Of a DNA stretch of 64,000 nucleotides, positions 37,621-50,067 are shown in pieces. Both the position numbers and the translations under genes were made by a program. Source of the DNA: Octopus bimaculoides (taxonomy: Eukaryota); the NCBI RefSeq assembly GCF_001194135.2, contig NC_068983.1, positions 66,258,672 to 66,322,671 of the forward strand, in the 5' to 3' direction. The notes under the pieces are model-generated. The model saw nothing but the letters and a program-made list of their open reading frames with translations, was not told where the DNA came from and did not search any database. Each line of letters starts with the position of its first letter. Position 1 is the stretch's first letter.

Positions 37621-38404
37621 GATGCCCTAGCATGGCCACAGCTCTCAAACTGGAACTAGTAAAAGAATAAAAGATTACATATTTATATACATTTACACAC
37701 ACACGTGCGTGTGCTCACACATATGTATGTATGTATGTATAGATAGATAGATAGATAGAGAGATAGAGAGACAGAGAGATAGAGAGATAGAGAGATAGAT
37801 AGACAGACAGACAGATAGACAGACAGACAGATATACAGATATATATATACATATAAGCAGATGTATATTTATTTTTACATGCTCACTCATACATACATAT
37901 GTACATGCCTATGTATACATGTGTATGTGCACCTATGTAATCAGCTGGAAAAGATTTAGATGTTAGCAGTTATATCACTTATGAAAGACTCATTGAAGAT
38001 TTCTATTTAAGCTGTCAGTAGAGAGTATAATTTCATAAACTTAATTTTATTTTTTATTTCATAAGATTGATATTCTTTTTTATGAATATTTGAATAAATA
38101 TTAACTGATGATGATGATGTTGGTGTGATGAGCAATAAAATGTAACTGGTTGTGGTGATGGGCAGTGGTGGCAGTGGCAGAGATGGCAGCAGAGGAAGCA
38201 GTGGTAGATGTGGTAGTGGTGGCAGTGGCAGGAGCAATGGCAGCAGTGGCAATGGTGACAGTGGTGGCTGTGATGATAGAAGTGGCAGCAACAGTGCTGG
38301 CGATGGTAATGGTGATGGTGATGGTTTAGCTGCAAAACACCCCTGAATGAACAGACATTCTAATCTAGCCTTGCCCATTCCATCCTTTCTCAGATACAGA
38401 TTTA

Positions 38405-38712
38405 CTCTTCTACTCTTGTACTTGTTTCAGTCATTTGACAGCGGCCATGCTGGAGCACCGCCTTTAGTCGAGCAAATCGATCCCAGGACTTATTCTTTGG
38501 AAGCCTAGTACTTATTCTATCGGTTTATTTTGCCGAACCGCTGAGTTACGGGGGACGTGAACACACCACCATCGGTTGTCAAGCGATGGTGGGGGGACAA
38601 ACACACACATATANNNNNNNNNNNNNNNNNNNNNNNNNNNNNNNNNNNNNNNNNNNNNNNNNNNNNNNNNNNNNNNNNNNNNNNNNNNNNNNNNNNNNNN
38701 NNNNNNNNNNNN

Positions 38713-38749
<37 letters not shown>

Positions 38750-38910
38750 TACGATGGGCTTCTTTCAGTTTCCATCTACCAAATCCACTCACAAGGCTTT
38801 GGTCGGCCCGAGGCTATAGTAGAAGACACTTGCCCAAGGTGCCATGCTGTGGGACTGAACCCGGAACCATGTAGTTGGTAAGCAAGCTACTTACTACACA
38901 GCCACTCCTG
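38405..38910 (-). mobile_element. Young family A SINE (internal N gap)
   Basis: Close reverse-complement match to 48326-48769. Confidence 0.9.
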
Positions 38911-40345
38911 CACTTATAAAATTATACTGGCAGCGATGGGATTTATCTAATTTTTACAATGTGTTCCTCTTTTATCTGCTTTAAATGTCAGAAATGACAT
39001 TTGAGGATGTTCTGGTGGCTATTTCTAACAGGTATGGTAAGATGAGTGACAATTTAGATAACTTGTGGTGGTGAGTAAATGATGATGATGATGATGATGA
39101 TGATGATGGTGATGACAGTGGTAATAACGACAATTGATAAGGCTGATAGCAATGACATTATGATGACGATAATGATATCGCTGATGACAATGTCTGTGCT
39201 GATGATCATGATAATAACGACAATGATCATGATAAATACTTCTTTCAAAATTAAATAAATGAATAGATGAAGCAAAGGATGGTAACAAAGGAAGCATATG
39301 ATAGAGAAAGACTACTTTAAATATTAGTAATGTTCACAAGATATTCCCTCTGCTGAAAGATTCCTTTCTGCTAAGAAGTATTGTTATTACCCTTAGATAA
39401 ACAAGTAGTTTTATAATGAGAGAGGGAATGCGAGAAAAACAGAGAGATAGAAATAGAGACAAAGAGATAGATAGATAGAGAGAGAAAGAGAAAGAGAGAG
39501 AAAGAGAGAAAGAGTACAAGAGGGTAACATTAAAGCGTAGTTTCTTGCCCACTTTTCAGGATATGTAACCTGTTAGGATATAGAAAAGCTGTACACAACT
39601 GTCTACATTTGCCATATCTAGACAATATTCTCAACTGAAGTACTACTGTCAGGCTGAATTCATTCAATTTCAACAGGCAGGATCTCTTAAGAAATGGCTT
39701 CTTTATATAATTGCCATCATGATCTTCTAGATTGTGATGGAGTGGGTGGAGATGAGCAGATAGGAATAGGATATGTTGTCAGCGGTAGTATTGCTGCTGC
39801 TGCTACCACTGTTGCTGCTGCTGTTGTCCTAAGTTCTGCTAAAGTGATGATGGTGGTGGTGGTGATGATGATGATGATGATGATGATGATGACGATGATG
39901 ACGACGATGACGACAACGACGACGACGATGATGACGATGACGACGATGACAACAACGACAATGATGATAATGATGATGAATGTGGAGGTGGTGGGGGGAT
40001 GAAGATGATGGTAGGGGTGAAGGGGATTATGATTGTAGCTGTCGTGGAGATGATAGTGGTAACAAAGGTGTTAGTAAAAATGATGATGATGATGAAGAGT
40101 ATTTAGAAATGGTCCTAAATAATAAGTAACAAGAAAACAGTTTAGAAACTAGATTACTTCATACAAATCACTTAACAAGAGTAAAAGGCGAGAGAGAGAG
40201 AGAGAGAGAGAGTAAAAGAGAGACACAGATGGAATTAAAACATGATAGAGAAAAAAGAGAGTGGTAAACGAAGAGAGGAAATGAAATAAAAGAGCAAAGA
40301 AAGGGAAGAAGGAAAAAGACTAGAAGAGAAGAAGCTGTCGAAAAC

Positions 40346-40399
<54 letters not shown>

Positions 40400-41054
40400 N
40401 NNNNNNNNNGAGAGGGAAGAGAGAGAGAGAGAGGAAGAGAGAGAGAACCAGTTCTCTTAAAAACAGTAAAATATCAAAGAAGAATGTTAAATGTTGTCTA
40501 TTGACATAAACTGGAGAAGACTTGAAGACTTGAAGTAGAAATATTATTCAATGTTAGTCAGAATAAGAAACCAACAGACATGTCAAAGTGTGCTGGTCAT
40601 TTCTATTTATTATTTCTTCCCTCCATTTCTTCAAGTAGCATTAGAATCTATTTGCTTTACCACTTGCTCAGGACCACAATTCCTGTAGTTTACAACATTA
40701 AATACACCAGAAATTGTTTACATCTTCAGTAGCAGGGGGGCAGTGCATTAGCAGGGGGTGGATAGAAATATCAGCAGAAATAGACTTACCTGAGAGATAG
40801 ACTGAATGCTATGAACATGTTTCTAGATTATAATTTGAAATCCTACTGGGATAAAATTTCATCCTTCATACCTATCCTGCAGAGATGATAAATTTGATAC
40901 TGACAATATTCTGTGGTTTATTTTAGTAAAGTAAATCCCTCCCTTAAAAATATAGCCTTGGTACCTAAAACAGAAAATGGTATTTAGTTTCAATTCTACA
41001 CATTTTGAATTCAAAAGCTGTCTGACTGGATTTTGTTTGTCAGCCCTTGTTATT

Positions 41055-41270
41055 AGTTAGAGTTGTTGTTTAACCCCAGCTCAGCCCCGATAGAGCAGAG
41101 CAATGATCAAAGGAATTCCAACTATGACAATCCCATCTTTCATTTAGACACGGTTATTTCTGACTATATTATCTAATATGTCCTTTTTTTTTGTAAGCTT
41201 ATAGAATATGATTTGAGAGAGAATTGGGTGCTATTTCTAGAAGTTTCATTGGCTACATAGAGGTTCCTTT
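41055..41270 (+). repeat. Family D SINE-like repeat
   Basis: gttgtttaaccccagctcagccccgatagagcagagcaatgatcaaagg...; related copies at 7445-7615 (-), 11010-11150, 19500-20000 and 60195-60390. Confidence 0.65.
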
Positions 41271-41381
41271 ATTGGTTAGTTTAAAATGCTAATGAGAAAT
41301 AATTCTTTTCACAGACCCATAAAATATTACACTGAACCCAATCTACTGTTTTGCTTGTACGGATACACAAAAATCTTATCT

Positions 41382-41482
41382 GGACTCAGAGGGGACATAT
41401 GGACCTCAAAGGGTCATATGGACCTCAAAGGGTCATATGGACCTCAGAGGGTCATATGAACCTCAAAGGGTCATATGGACTC
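41382..41482. repeat. 19-bp minisatellite, about 5.3 units (GGACCTCAAAGGGTCATAT)
   Basis: Units start at 41382, 41401, 41420, 41439 and 41458, with a partial unit at 41477. Confidence 0.95.
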
Positions 41483-42939
41483 TGGCTGAGAGCCACTGAT
41501 CTAAAGCATACTAACATGGAAAAGAAGCTGAATCTAAAATTAACAAATACATACTCACTTCTTCCTCTTAGAAGTGGGATCTAATTACTTTGTCCCTAAT
41601 CAGGTTTCTAATTATTAAACTCCTTGGTCTGTTTCACATATTTGCTGCAATGAATCATTACATTTTTCAAGAGCAGCTCCCTATGACTTCTACACACTTA
41701 TTGCTCAAGTTTCACAGTGATACAAAACTGTAATTGCACACTATTTTTAGCACAAAGTCAAGATTAAGTGGGATATTTGCTAACTGCTAAAATGTTAGGG
41801 ACCTAATCTTTAGTCGTGTCATTCAAATTCTTTTTAAGCTGAATAAAACTTACATGTAAGTTGGTAATAAAAATATCAAGAGCACAGATAACTGACTTAA
41901 TCAACAAGGTATTGGACAACCAAATAATGGACCATCGATTTTAACTCAGCTTCTTTGCTCTCAATAACTGAGTTGACATGGCAATAAGTTGATGCTGTGC
42001 AGTACCAACTCACTTGTATACTTCACCATTGTAAGCAATGGTAACAACCCAAAAGAACTAATGAATATTTCACTGGCTAACATTCAAAATTTAATTCTCC
42101 CATAAGAAGAAAATTATAAATTTTCTATAAAAAAAAAAAGTCTCGGGAGTCAAACTCACTTAATATGGTTGTTTAAACTAGTTATTTGGCAGTTTATGGC
42201 TCTTAGAAAAAGTTGTGTCTGAATTGTTTGCAATAAACTACTGACCAATCTGATAGACACACACGCACGCACATTTAAAGTCAAGTAATGAACTAGAAGT
42301 CTCCCTCAAATAAAGGACTCAACATGAGATAAGACATCAAGAATAACATCATGTATTGCATTAAATTAAAATAGTTTGTTACAGATAGCCATGTATTTTG
42401 CTCTGAACAAGCTTGTCAGATATTTAGAGTGAAACATAAAACCATCTGCAATGAATTATTTCCATTTAATTATTTTCATATAGATATGCAGATATTTATA
42501 CATACATGATAACATACATACTTTGTGTGCATATGTATGCACACGCACATGTGTACTTCTAAATAAACTAGAATAAACTCATCTTGTATTAAACAAATTC
42601 AAAATGCATGTGTGAGGAGCAAAAACTAGATGAATATTTACATACATGCATTTCTAAATGAAACTGCCTGCTGAATAGTGCATAAAACTACCTGCCTCGT
42701 AAAAACAAATTATTGGGTTTTAGTCAACACCTTATTACACATACCTCAGTTAACTCAGGGTATTGATGTCATCAACAATATAGAGTGATAGTATTTAATT
42801 GAAGATATATCTTACATTTGCTTCAAGTGATGAAAATCAGAATAAGCACTATCACTCAAAAATCTTTGCAGAGTAAAGGAAACACTGAGGACATATAAAT
42901 AATAAATAATAAATAAATAATCTTCTACTATTTTAAGTC

Positions 42940-43285
42940 ACTTGGCTATAACCATCATGATACTCAGTCAAACAAATCAACCATGATACTTTTAAGCCTG
43001 GTACTTACTCTATGGGTCATCTTTTACCGAACTCCTAGGTTATAAGGGTGTAAGCAAATCAACACCAGTTGTTAAGTAGTGCTAGGGTACAAGCACAAAA
43101 ACAAAGACACACACACACATTGATACCTCCATGACAGGCTTCTTTCAGTTTGCATCTACCAACTCCACTCACATGGTTTTGGTTAGGCTAGGATTACAAT
43201 AGAAAGCATTTGCATATATTGTGCCATGCTGTGGGATTGAATCCAGAACCATGTTGTTTGAAGCAAACTTCATACCACACAGCCA
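42940..43285 (-). mobile_element. Degraded family A SINE
   Basis: Diverged reverse-complement match to 48326-48769. Confidence 0.7.
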
Positions 43286-43289
43286 CATC

Positions 43290-43326
<37 letters not shown>

Positions 43327-43650
43327 TTTGTCATGTCTAGGTAGAGTCATAGTGCCTTAATATAACATACTCACTGGTTCAATTTTCACTCATTTTATTT
43401 ATTTATTCCAGAAGGATTTTTTGTCACTGCATTTGCAATCATATCAATGGATTTTGACTCTGACTGTCCATTACTAAATTTGCGTTCCTTTTTATTTGGT
43501 TTCTGCTTTTTTTTCGTTTTTGTTTTTGTTATTTTTTGTGAAATTTTGATGCAAGATTTTGTTGTGCATGTGGATGCATGTGCATGCCAGTATGCATATG
43601 TGCTTGTGTATGTATATATATATATATATGTGTGTGTGTGNNNNNNNNNN

Positions 43651-43702
<52 letters not shown>

Positions 43703-43847
43703 ATATACTTATATGTATGTATGTATGTATGTATATATGTATGTGTGTGTATGTACGTATGTATATATGTATGTATGTATCCTGCATATTCATTTGTTTG
43801 TGTGTGTGTTTGTGTGTGTGTGTGTGCATGTCTCTGTGTTTGTGTGC

Positions 43848-43882
<35 letters not shown>

Positions 43883-44199
43883 CCTTGGTTTCCTTGCATG
43901 TGCATGTTTGAGTGTGTCTATGTGTATAGGTTTGTGTNNNNNNNNNNAACCTTGGTTTCCTTGCATGTGCATGTTTGAGTGTGTCTATGTGTATAGGTTT
44001 GTGTGAGTGTGTACATGCACCTGTTATGTATGCATGTACATGCATACATATGTACACCTGTTATGCATGTTATGTACATGCACCTGTTATGTCTCCATAT
44101 GTGTCTTTGTGTGTATGCATGTGTGTGGAGTGTATGTGTGTGTATATGGTCATGAGTTTCTGTTTCCTTTTTTTTTTGTGTGTGTGCATGTGTGTTTTC

Positions 44200-44568
44200 T
44201 CCATGCTGGCATGGGCTGGACAGTTTGAGAGGAGTTTGGTGCCTGTTCTGGCATGGTTTCTATGGATGGATGACAATTCTAACACCACCCACTTCACTGA
44301 GTATACTGGGTGCTTTTACTTGGCACCAGCATAGGTGCTTTCTACATAGGTGCTTTCTACACAAGCACATGAACCGACAAGATTAGGATTACTCAACTGA
44401 AGAGGGATGTAGAGGACATGCCTCTATGCAAGGACAGCCACGATTTTACCTTGCTTGACATGTCTTCTCAAAGTACAGTAAACTATCATAAGTCTCGGTC
44501 CCCTCTATGAGGCCCAACATCTGGACATCCTTTCTCACCACTTCATCCCATGTCTTCCTGGGTTTACC

Positions 44569-44572
<4 letters not shown>
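44200..44572 (-). mobile_element. RTE ORF C-terminus plus 3' UTR
   Basis: RGKPRKTWDEVVRKDVQMLGLIEG...EKTCQAR* followed by the tail-family sequence (ccatgctggcatgggctggacagtttga on the plus strand). Confidence 0.85.
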
Positions 44573-44605
<33 letters not shown>

Positions 44606-44939
44606 NNNNNNNNNNNNNNNNNNNNNNNNNNNNNNNNNNNNNNNNNNNNNNNNNNNNNNNNNNNNNNNNNNNNNNNNNNNNNNNNNNNNNNNNNNNNNNN
44701 NNNNNNNNNNNNNNNNNNNNNNNNNNNNNNNNNNNNNNNNNNNNNNNNNNNNNNNNNNNNNNNNNNNNNNNNNNNNNNNNNNNNNNNNNNNNNNNNNNNN
44801 NNNNNNNNNNNNNNNNNNNNNNNNNNNNNNNNNNNNNNNNNNNNNNNNNNNNNNNNNNNNNNNNNNNNNNNNNNNNNNNNNNNNNNNNNNNNNNNNNNNN
44901 NNNNNNNNNNNNNNNNNNNNNNNNNNNNNNNNNNNNNNN

Positions 44940-44972
<33 letters not shown>

Positions 44973-45019
44973 TCATCATCATCATTGCCATCATCATCAC
45001 CATTATCATTTAATGTATG

Positions 45020-45061
<42 letters not shown>

Positions 45062-45159
45062 TACTGTCTCATGGTGGTAAGATCAACAAAATAAGTGCAC
45101 CATCTGGTGAGAGATAAATATGATATAATAAACACAATATATGTTTTTATGTGTTACTA

Positions 45160-45400
45160 TTAGTTTCATGTGATAAAAACATGCCAGACAGTATTTTTAA
45201 TATGTCTGGTGTTTCAGCACAATCTTCAGGCACTTCCCACATGGCATAACAAGCTAAAATAAGTCAATAGGATGAGAGATTTTTCAATCTTCCAACTTTT
45301 ATATCCACTTCTTTTTCTCTCATCCTATCTCCTATTTTAGTTTGTTATCCATGCTCTCATAATCTGTAATGTTGAAGGGATTAAAGACTAGTTTCCCATA
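45160..45400 (-). mobile_element. Possible Penelope-like EN C-terminus followed by a hammerhead-like core
   Basis: EKKKWI*KL...HPIDL resembles the RExxWIxKLxTLxPxGLN end of PLE endonucleases. CTGAAGA-7nt-GAAAC and a ccagac/gtctgg hairpin lie just downstream. Confidence 0.35.
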
Positions 45401-46899
45401 AAATAACATACTGGTTTATTTATCTGGTGAGAATTGAATACAGCACTGCAAACCAAATCTTTCATCAACACCACAGCAATATCATGTTTTGGTAGTGAGT
45501 CACACCAGCTATAATACATTCTTACAACTGCTCTTAGTCTTAGCTGATGAGAACTAATTGTCTTGGATGAAACCTACATTACCCACTGTATAAACCAATG
45601 AATGCTTGGTTGATTGCTTGGCATGTTGTAGACTTGTACTATTAGTTCATAAATACATACAAACATATATATATACATACATACATACATACATGCATAC
45701 ATGCATGCATGCATACACAAACATACAAACATGCATGTGTTCATGCTCACCTTTGTAATTAAATATGAATATTCATATATCTGTATTCATGTGTTTGTAT
45801 GAATGTGTATGCATGCATATATATATACATACATACATATATACATACATACAAACACATACAGTCACACACATATACAAATACATGCATATTCACATTT
45901 CATTACAGGATACACATGATCATTCAGCTACACATACGAACATGCACACACACACACACACACTGCTACACATACTCCCCCACACACACTGCACACACAC
46001 ACTCAGGTGTAAATATATCTACATTGAAATACATAGAAGTGCCTAAACAGAAATACATGAGCACACTGCTACGTGTATGTATGTGTGTATGTATGTATGT
46101 ATGTATGTATGTATGTATGTATGCCAATGTGAGTTATATACTACACCACTGTACATATTCATAGACACATACATGTACACACTCAGAGAAACACAAGAAC
46201 ACACAGTTTTGCATGTACATTATGCCATCATACACAAAATGTGCAAATTCCTACAGACACTCAATATAACACCCATTATATCTATGTTATATATTCATGA
46301 GCAGCCAAATTGAAGCGCCAACATTGAGTACCTTTAATTCTTTCTTTCACAGATAATACTGTCCCTTCCTTCCCCATCACCGTACTTCCCTTTCTTTCTT
46401 CTCTATTATAATCACCACCACTGGCATTACTATGACTTCTACTTACAAAATTTGGCTAAGCAAGCAATATATATTGCAGCATAATCTAGCATAACTATCT
46501 CTAGCATCTCGTGTCTTCATTTCATAAACCACACGCAGTTTATATATGGGTTGGTTGTGTCAATGGGCTTCATTGAAAACCATCTTAACTGACTTTGGTT
46601 GTCAGAAATTGTCAACTCATTAGAATTGCGTTATATCATTATTATTTTTATTTTGTTATAGTTTATTTTATTTACTTTTCTCTTTTTTTTTAACTTTTAT
46701 CTTAGTGCCTTGTGGCTGAAGAATAATATTAGTTTGACCTACAACTAAAATTGAATGCAGTTTCAGGGCTATTCTTTTGCTTCTTGCCAGCATACTGGTG
46801 TTTTTACCGATCTATTGAAAATGTTCTGTTATTATTAAGAAACTTCTCATTTGCTTGTTTGTTTTACTTATTTATCTATTATTTATTCTTATGGTTACT

Positions 46900-48000
46900 G
46901 TTATTATTTGTATTATTATTATTATTATTATTATTATCATTATTATTATCATCATCATCATCATTATTATTGTTATCTTTATCATTGTTGTTGTTGCTGT
47001 TATTGTTGTTTGAACATATGCAATGAATCATTACTTTGGGTTTAGGATGGAGATCAAGAAATTTCCATTGCAAACAGATTGGATTGAGAGACAGCTGGAA
47101 ATGGAATTGAGAAGTTTGTGTTAAAATGGTAATATTTGAATAACAACAGCAGCAATAAAAAAAAACAACTACAATGAGAAAACAACAACAACTAAAAGTA
47201 CAAAAATAACAACTAAAATTAAGCAAGAATAAAGTATTTGCTTGCTGGAATGGTTGGCTGGTCGTTTGGTAATTAAAGTGATATAAAGGGAACAGGTGTA
47301 ATTGCTAGAGCTCTGAGACAACAGTGAATAGAATGAAAGTGAACAAAATCTATCGTGGTTTACAATAAATAAATGCTGTGTATGGTTGAACTGATGATAC
47401 TCAGAGCAAAAGTTATCATCGCTGAAGTATTTGATCAACAGATGATAATTACGACAATGGTGATGATTGGTGACACTAACGCTGCTGCAACTGATCATCA
47501 TGATGATGATGATTTGTAATGAAAATTGGATGCTGATGGGATGACAATAGGATAATGATGATAATGGTGGTGGCTGTGATGTTAACGCTGATGGTGGTGA
47601 TGGAGTGGGTAATTAGTATATACAGAGAATGGTATGATAATGTTAATGATGAGAATGATGATGCTGATACAAATGATGGGCATGATGAAGAAGAAGTGGA
47701 AGGTTAGAATGTTGTTTATGTTGATAATAATAAATGTGACAATGACCAAGAAAAACAATTATCATGGTGATAATGACAGTGACAATATGAAAAAACAGAA
47801 GTTTACGAAAATGATGATGTAAATGATGATGAAAATGATGATGAAAATGATGATAATGATAAAGATGATGTCAATGACAACAATGACGATGGCAATATTA
47901 GCTATGATGACAATGTTAACAACAGGGCTAATGATGCTGACAAGGAGAATGATGATGATGTTGATGATGATGATCATTATTTTTATCATTTCATCTAAGC
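46900..48000. repeat. Extended low-complexity AAT/GAT/AAC region
   Basis: Direct reading; source of the poly-M, poly-I and poly-N ORFs. Confidence 0.85.
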
Positions 48001-48109
48001 ACAATATAGATCAGAGTAATTCAAGAAGAACCAAAACCACCAATTGAAGTAGCTAATGATAATACAAGATAATCATCATCTCCATCTTGGCATATGTCTA
48101 CAGAATTCT

Positions 48110-48320
48110 TTCCAGCTTTTGTCTATCGTCCCAAGTGTACATTAATGTTTGATCATGTCTCCTACATTCTTATTTTTGTTTGTTGTTACCTCATCCTCAC
48201 TCCTATGCAGATGATACCACCCTTTACTCTTTTCTAAACACTGTGCACAGATATCTTCTGCATCTAACCATGACACTTGATGCCAGATGTGCATCCAGAA
48301 ATGAGAATATAATAATCTAG
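48110..48320 (+). mobile_element. CR1/Jockey-group LINE RT relic, probably continuing after the SINE to ~49000
   Basis: cactcctatgcagatgataccaccctttactctttt translates as HSYADDTTLYSF. Confidence 0.6.
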
Positions 48321-48325
48321 GTGCA

Positions 48326-48490
48326 GGAGTGGCTGTGTGGTAAGTAGCTTGCTTACCAACCACATAGTTCTGGGTTCAGTCCCACTGCGTGGCACCTTGG
48401 GCAAGTGTTTTCTACTATAGCCTCGGGCCGACCAAAGCCTTGTGAGTGAATTTGGTAGACGGAAACTGAAAGAAGCCCATCGTATATATG

Positions 48491-48574
<84 letters not shown>

Positions 48575-48769
48575 TGTGTCTGTGTTTGTCCCCCCACCCC
48601 ACCATTGCTTGATAACCGATGGTTATGTCCCCTTAACTTAGCAGTTCGGCAAAAAGAGACCAATAGAATAAGTACTAGGCTTACAAAGAAAAGTTCTGGG
48701 GTCGATTTTCTCGACTAAAGGCAGTGCTCCAGCATGGCCGCAGTCAAATGACTGAAACAAGTAAAAGAG
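48326..48769 (+). mobile_element. Full-length tRNA-derived SINE, family A, with internal (TG)n
   Basis: Head ggagtggctgtgtggtaag (A-box-like) and gggttcagtccc (B-box-like); tail tgactgaaacaagtaaaagag. At least ten copies or fragments in the window (also 20630-20820, 26790-26960, 35690-35850, 61115-61315). Confidence 0.9.
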
Positions 48770-49680
48770 TAGTCTCTATCAATATCCCCAACATATCAGT
48801 TACTACCGATTACAAAAATATATTTACAAAATTAAAGTCTTCTTTTTATAAACAATTTATAACTAAAATATTCAAGGCCTTTACAAATCGAAGGTCTCTC
48901 AATTTCTGGTCATATTTTATGGTCACAATACAACACACCTTTGACAGCAAAAGCTACATCCCCAAACCCTGTTTCTTCCTTAGGTCTGTAACTATACAAG
49001 GCATATAGAGTGCCAAGTTGAAACAGTAACCTTACAGCTTAGGGCCTTTCATTCAGCAGGAATCTCAAAATAATTAAAAGGCTTATATGTTTTCAATTTT
49101 TATGAGATCTTCTTGTGTTATTACCTAACAAGGAGTCTCTAAACTTTATATAGCTTTACATAGCTTAGGACCTCATTAAATCTAAATCAGAAACTGAAAC
49201 ACAAGTCTTACTAGATCAAGTTAACGTCATTGGTCAAGTTAAGACTTGGCTTATTACAGGATGTTAGAATACAACAGAATATATTTTATTTCTATTTATT
49301 TATCCATTTGTATCACTACAGGTGAACAATAGCATCTTTAGCTAAAGGTTTCCAATAAGCCAAGCATTGGATCATGAAATTACTGCACAGGACCTTGGAC
49401 ATGTGTCGTGCACAATAACCTTATGTTTATCAAAATCTTATAAACACACTTTCAAAAACTGTGTGGAAGTACAGTATATATATATAAACATCAATGTCTG
49501 TTGCTCCAAGAAAGGACCTGATGTGAGATGTCTCGCTTAACTGTGACTAACTTCCAGGTGTTCTCTACACCAGGCGCATAGAGAATATATTTTCTTACAC
49601 CTAAAATCTGCAGCCAATGCACAAACTAACAACATGCATATCTTGTATATGTGTGTTTGATTTTGTTTATATATATATAT

Positions 49681-49731
<51 letters not shown>

Positions 49732-49893
49732 AAGAGAGGTTATGAGAGGTAATGATGTCAATAAGATTCAAAGGTGTCAGGTAATGCTGAGTAAGTGCTA
49801 TGGGCAGATTATAGTTAAGCTCCATGTTCGGTGATTATGTAAATGAGAAGTCCAACGTAGGTCATATATCAGCATGTGTATATATATAAAAAA

Positions 49894-50067
49894 ATTTTCA
49901 GAATGAGATAAAAATCCAAGGCTGTGAAAGATTTTGGAACATTTATAAATAGGTCTTACAGCTGTTTCTGGGATATATTAAATATCCCGGAAACAGCTGT
50001 AAGACCTTCTACATATAAATGTTCTAAAATCTTTCACAGCCTTGGATTTTTATCTCATTCTGAAAAT
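49894..50067. repeat. Near-perfect 174-bp palindrome inside (TA)n
   Basis: 49894-49976 pairs with 49982-50067; two substitutions and one small indel block; 5-nt loop. Confidence 0.95.

Noticed and set aside
40686-40878. Minus-strand segment with a good acceptor and CAG|GTAAGT donor (40790-40877)
   Set aside because: All three frames contain stops. It could be a UTR exon, but this cannot be supported from sequence alone.
41382-41482. CRISPR-like look of the palindromic 19-bp repeats
   Set aside because: No spacers, no cas genes, eukaryotic context.
43881-44004. 57-bp exact direct repeat
   Set aside because: Flanks a 10-N gap; same artefact pattern.
48326-48400. tRNA-like heads (also 23054, 22541, 29576)
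   Set aside because: They continue into multicopy SINE bodies and give no complete cloverleaf, so they are not tRNA genes.
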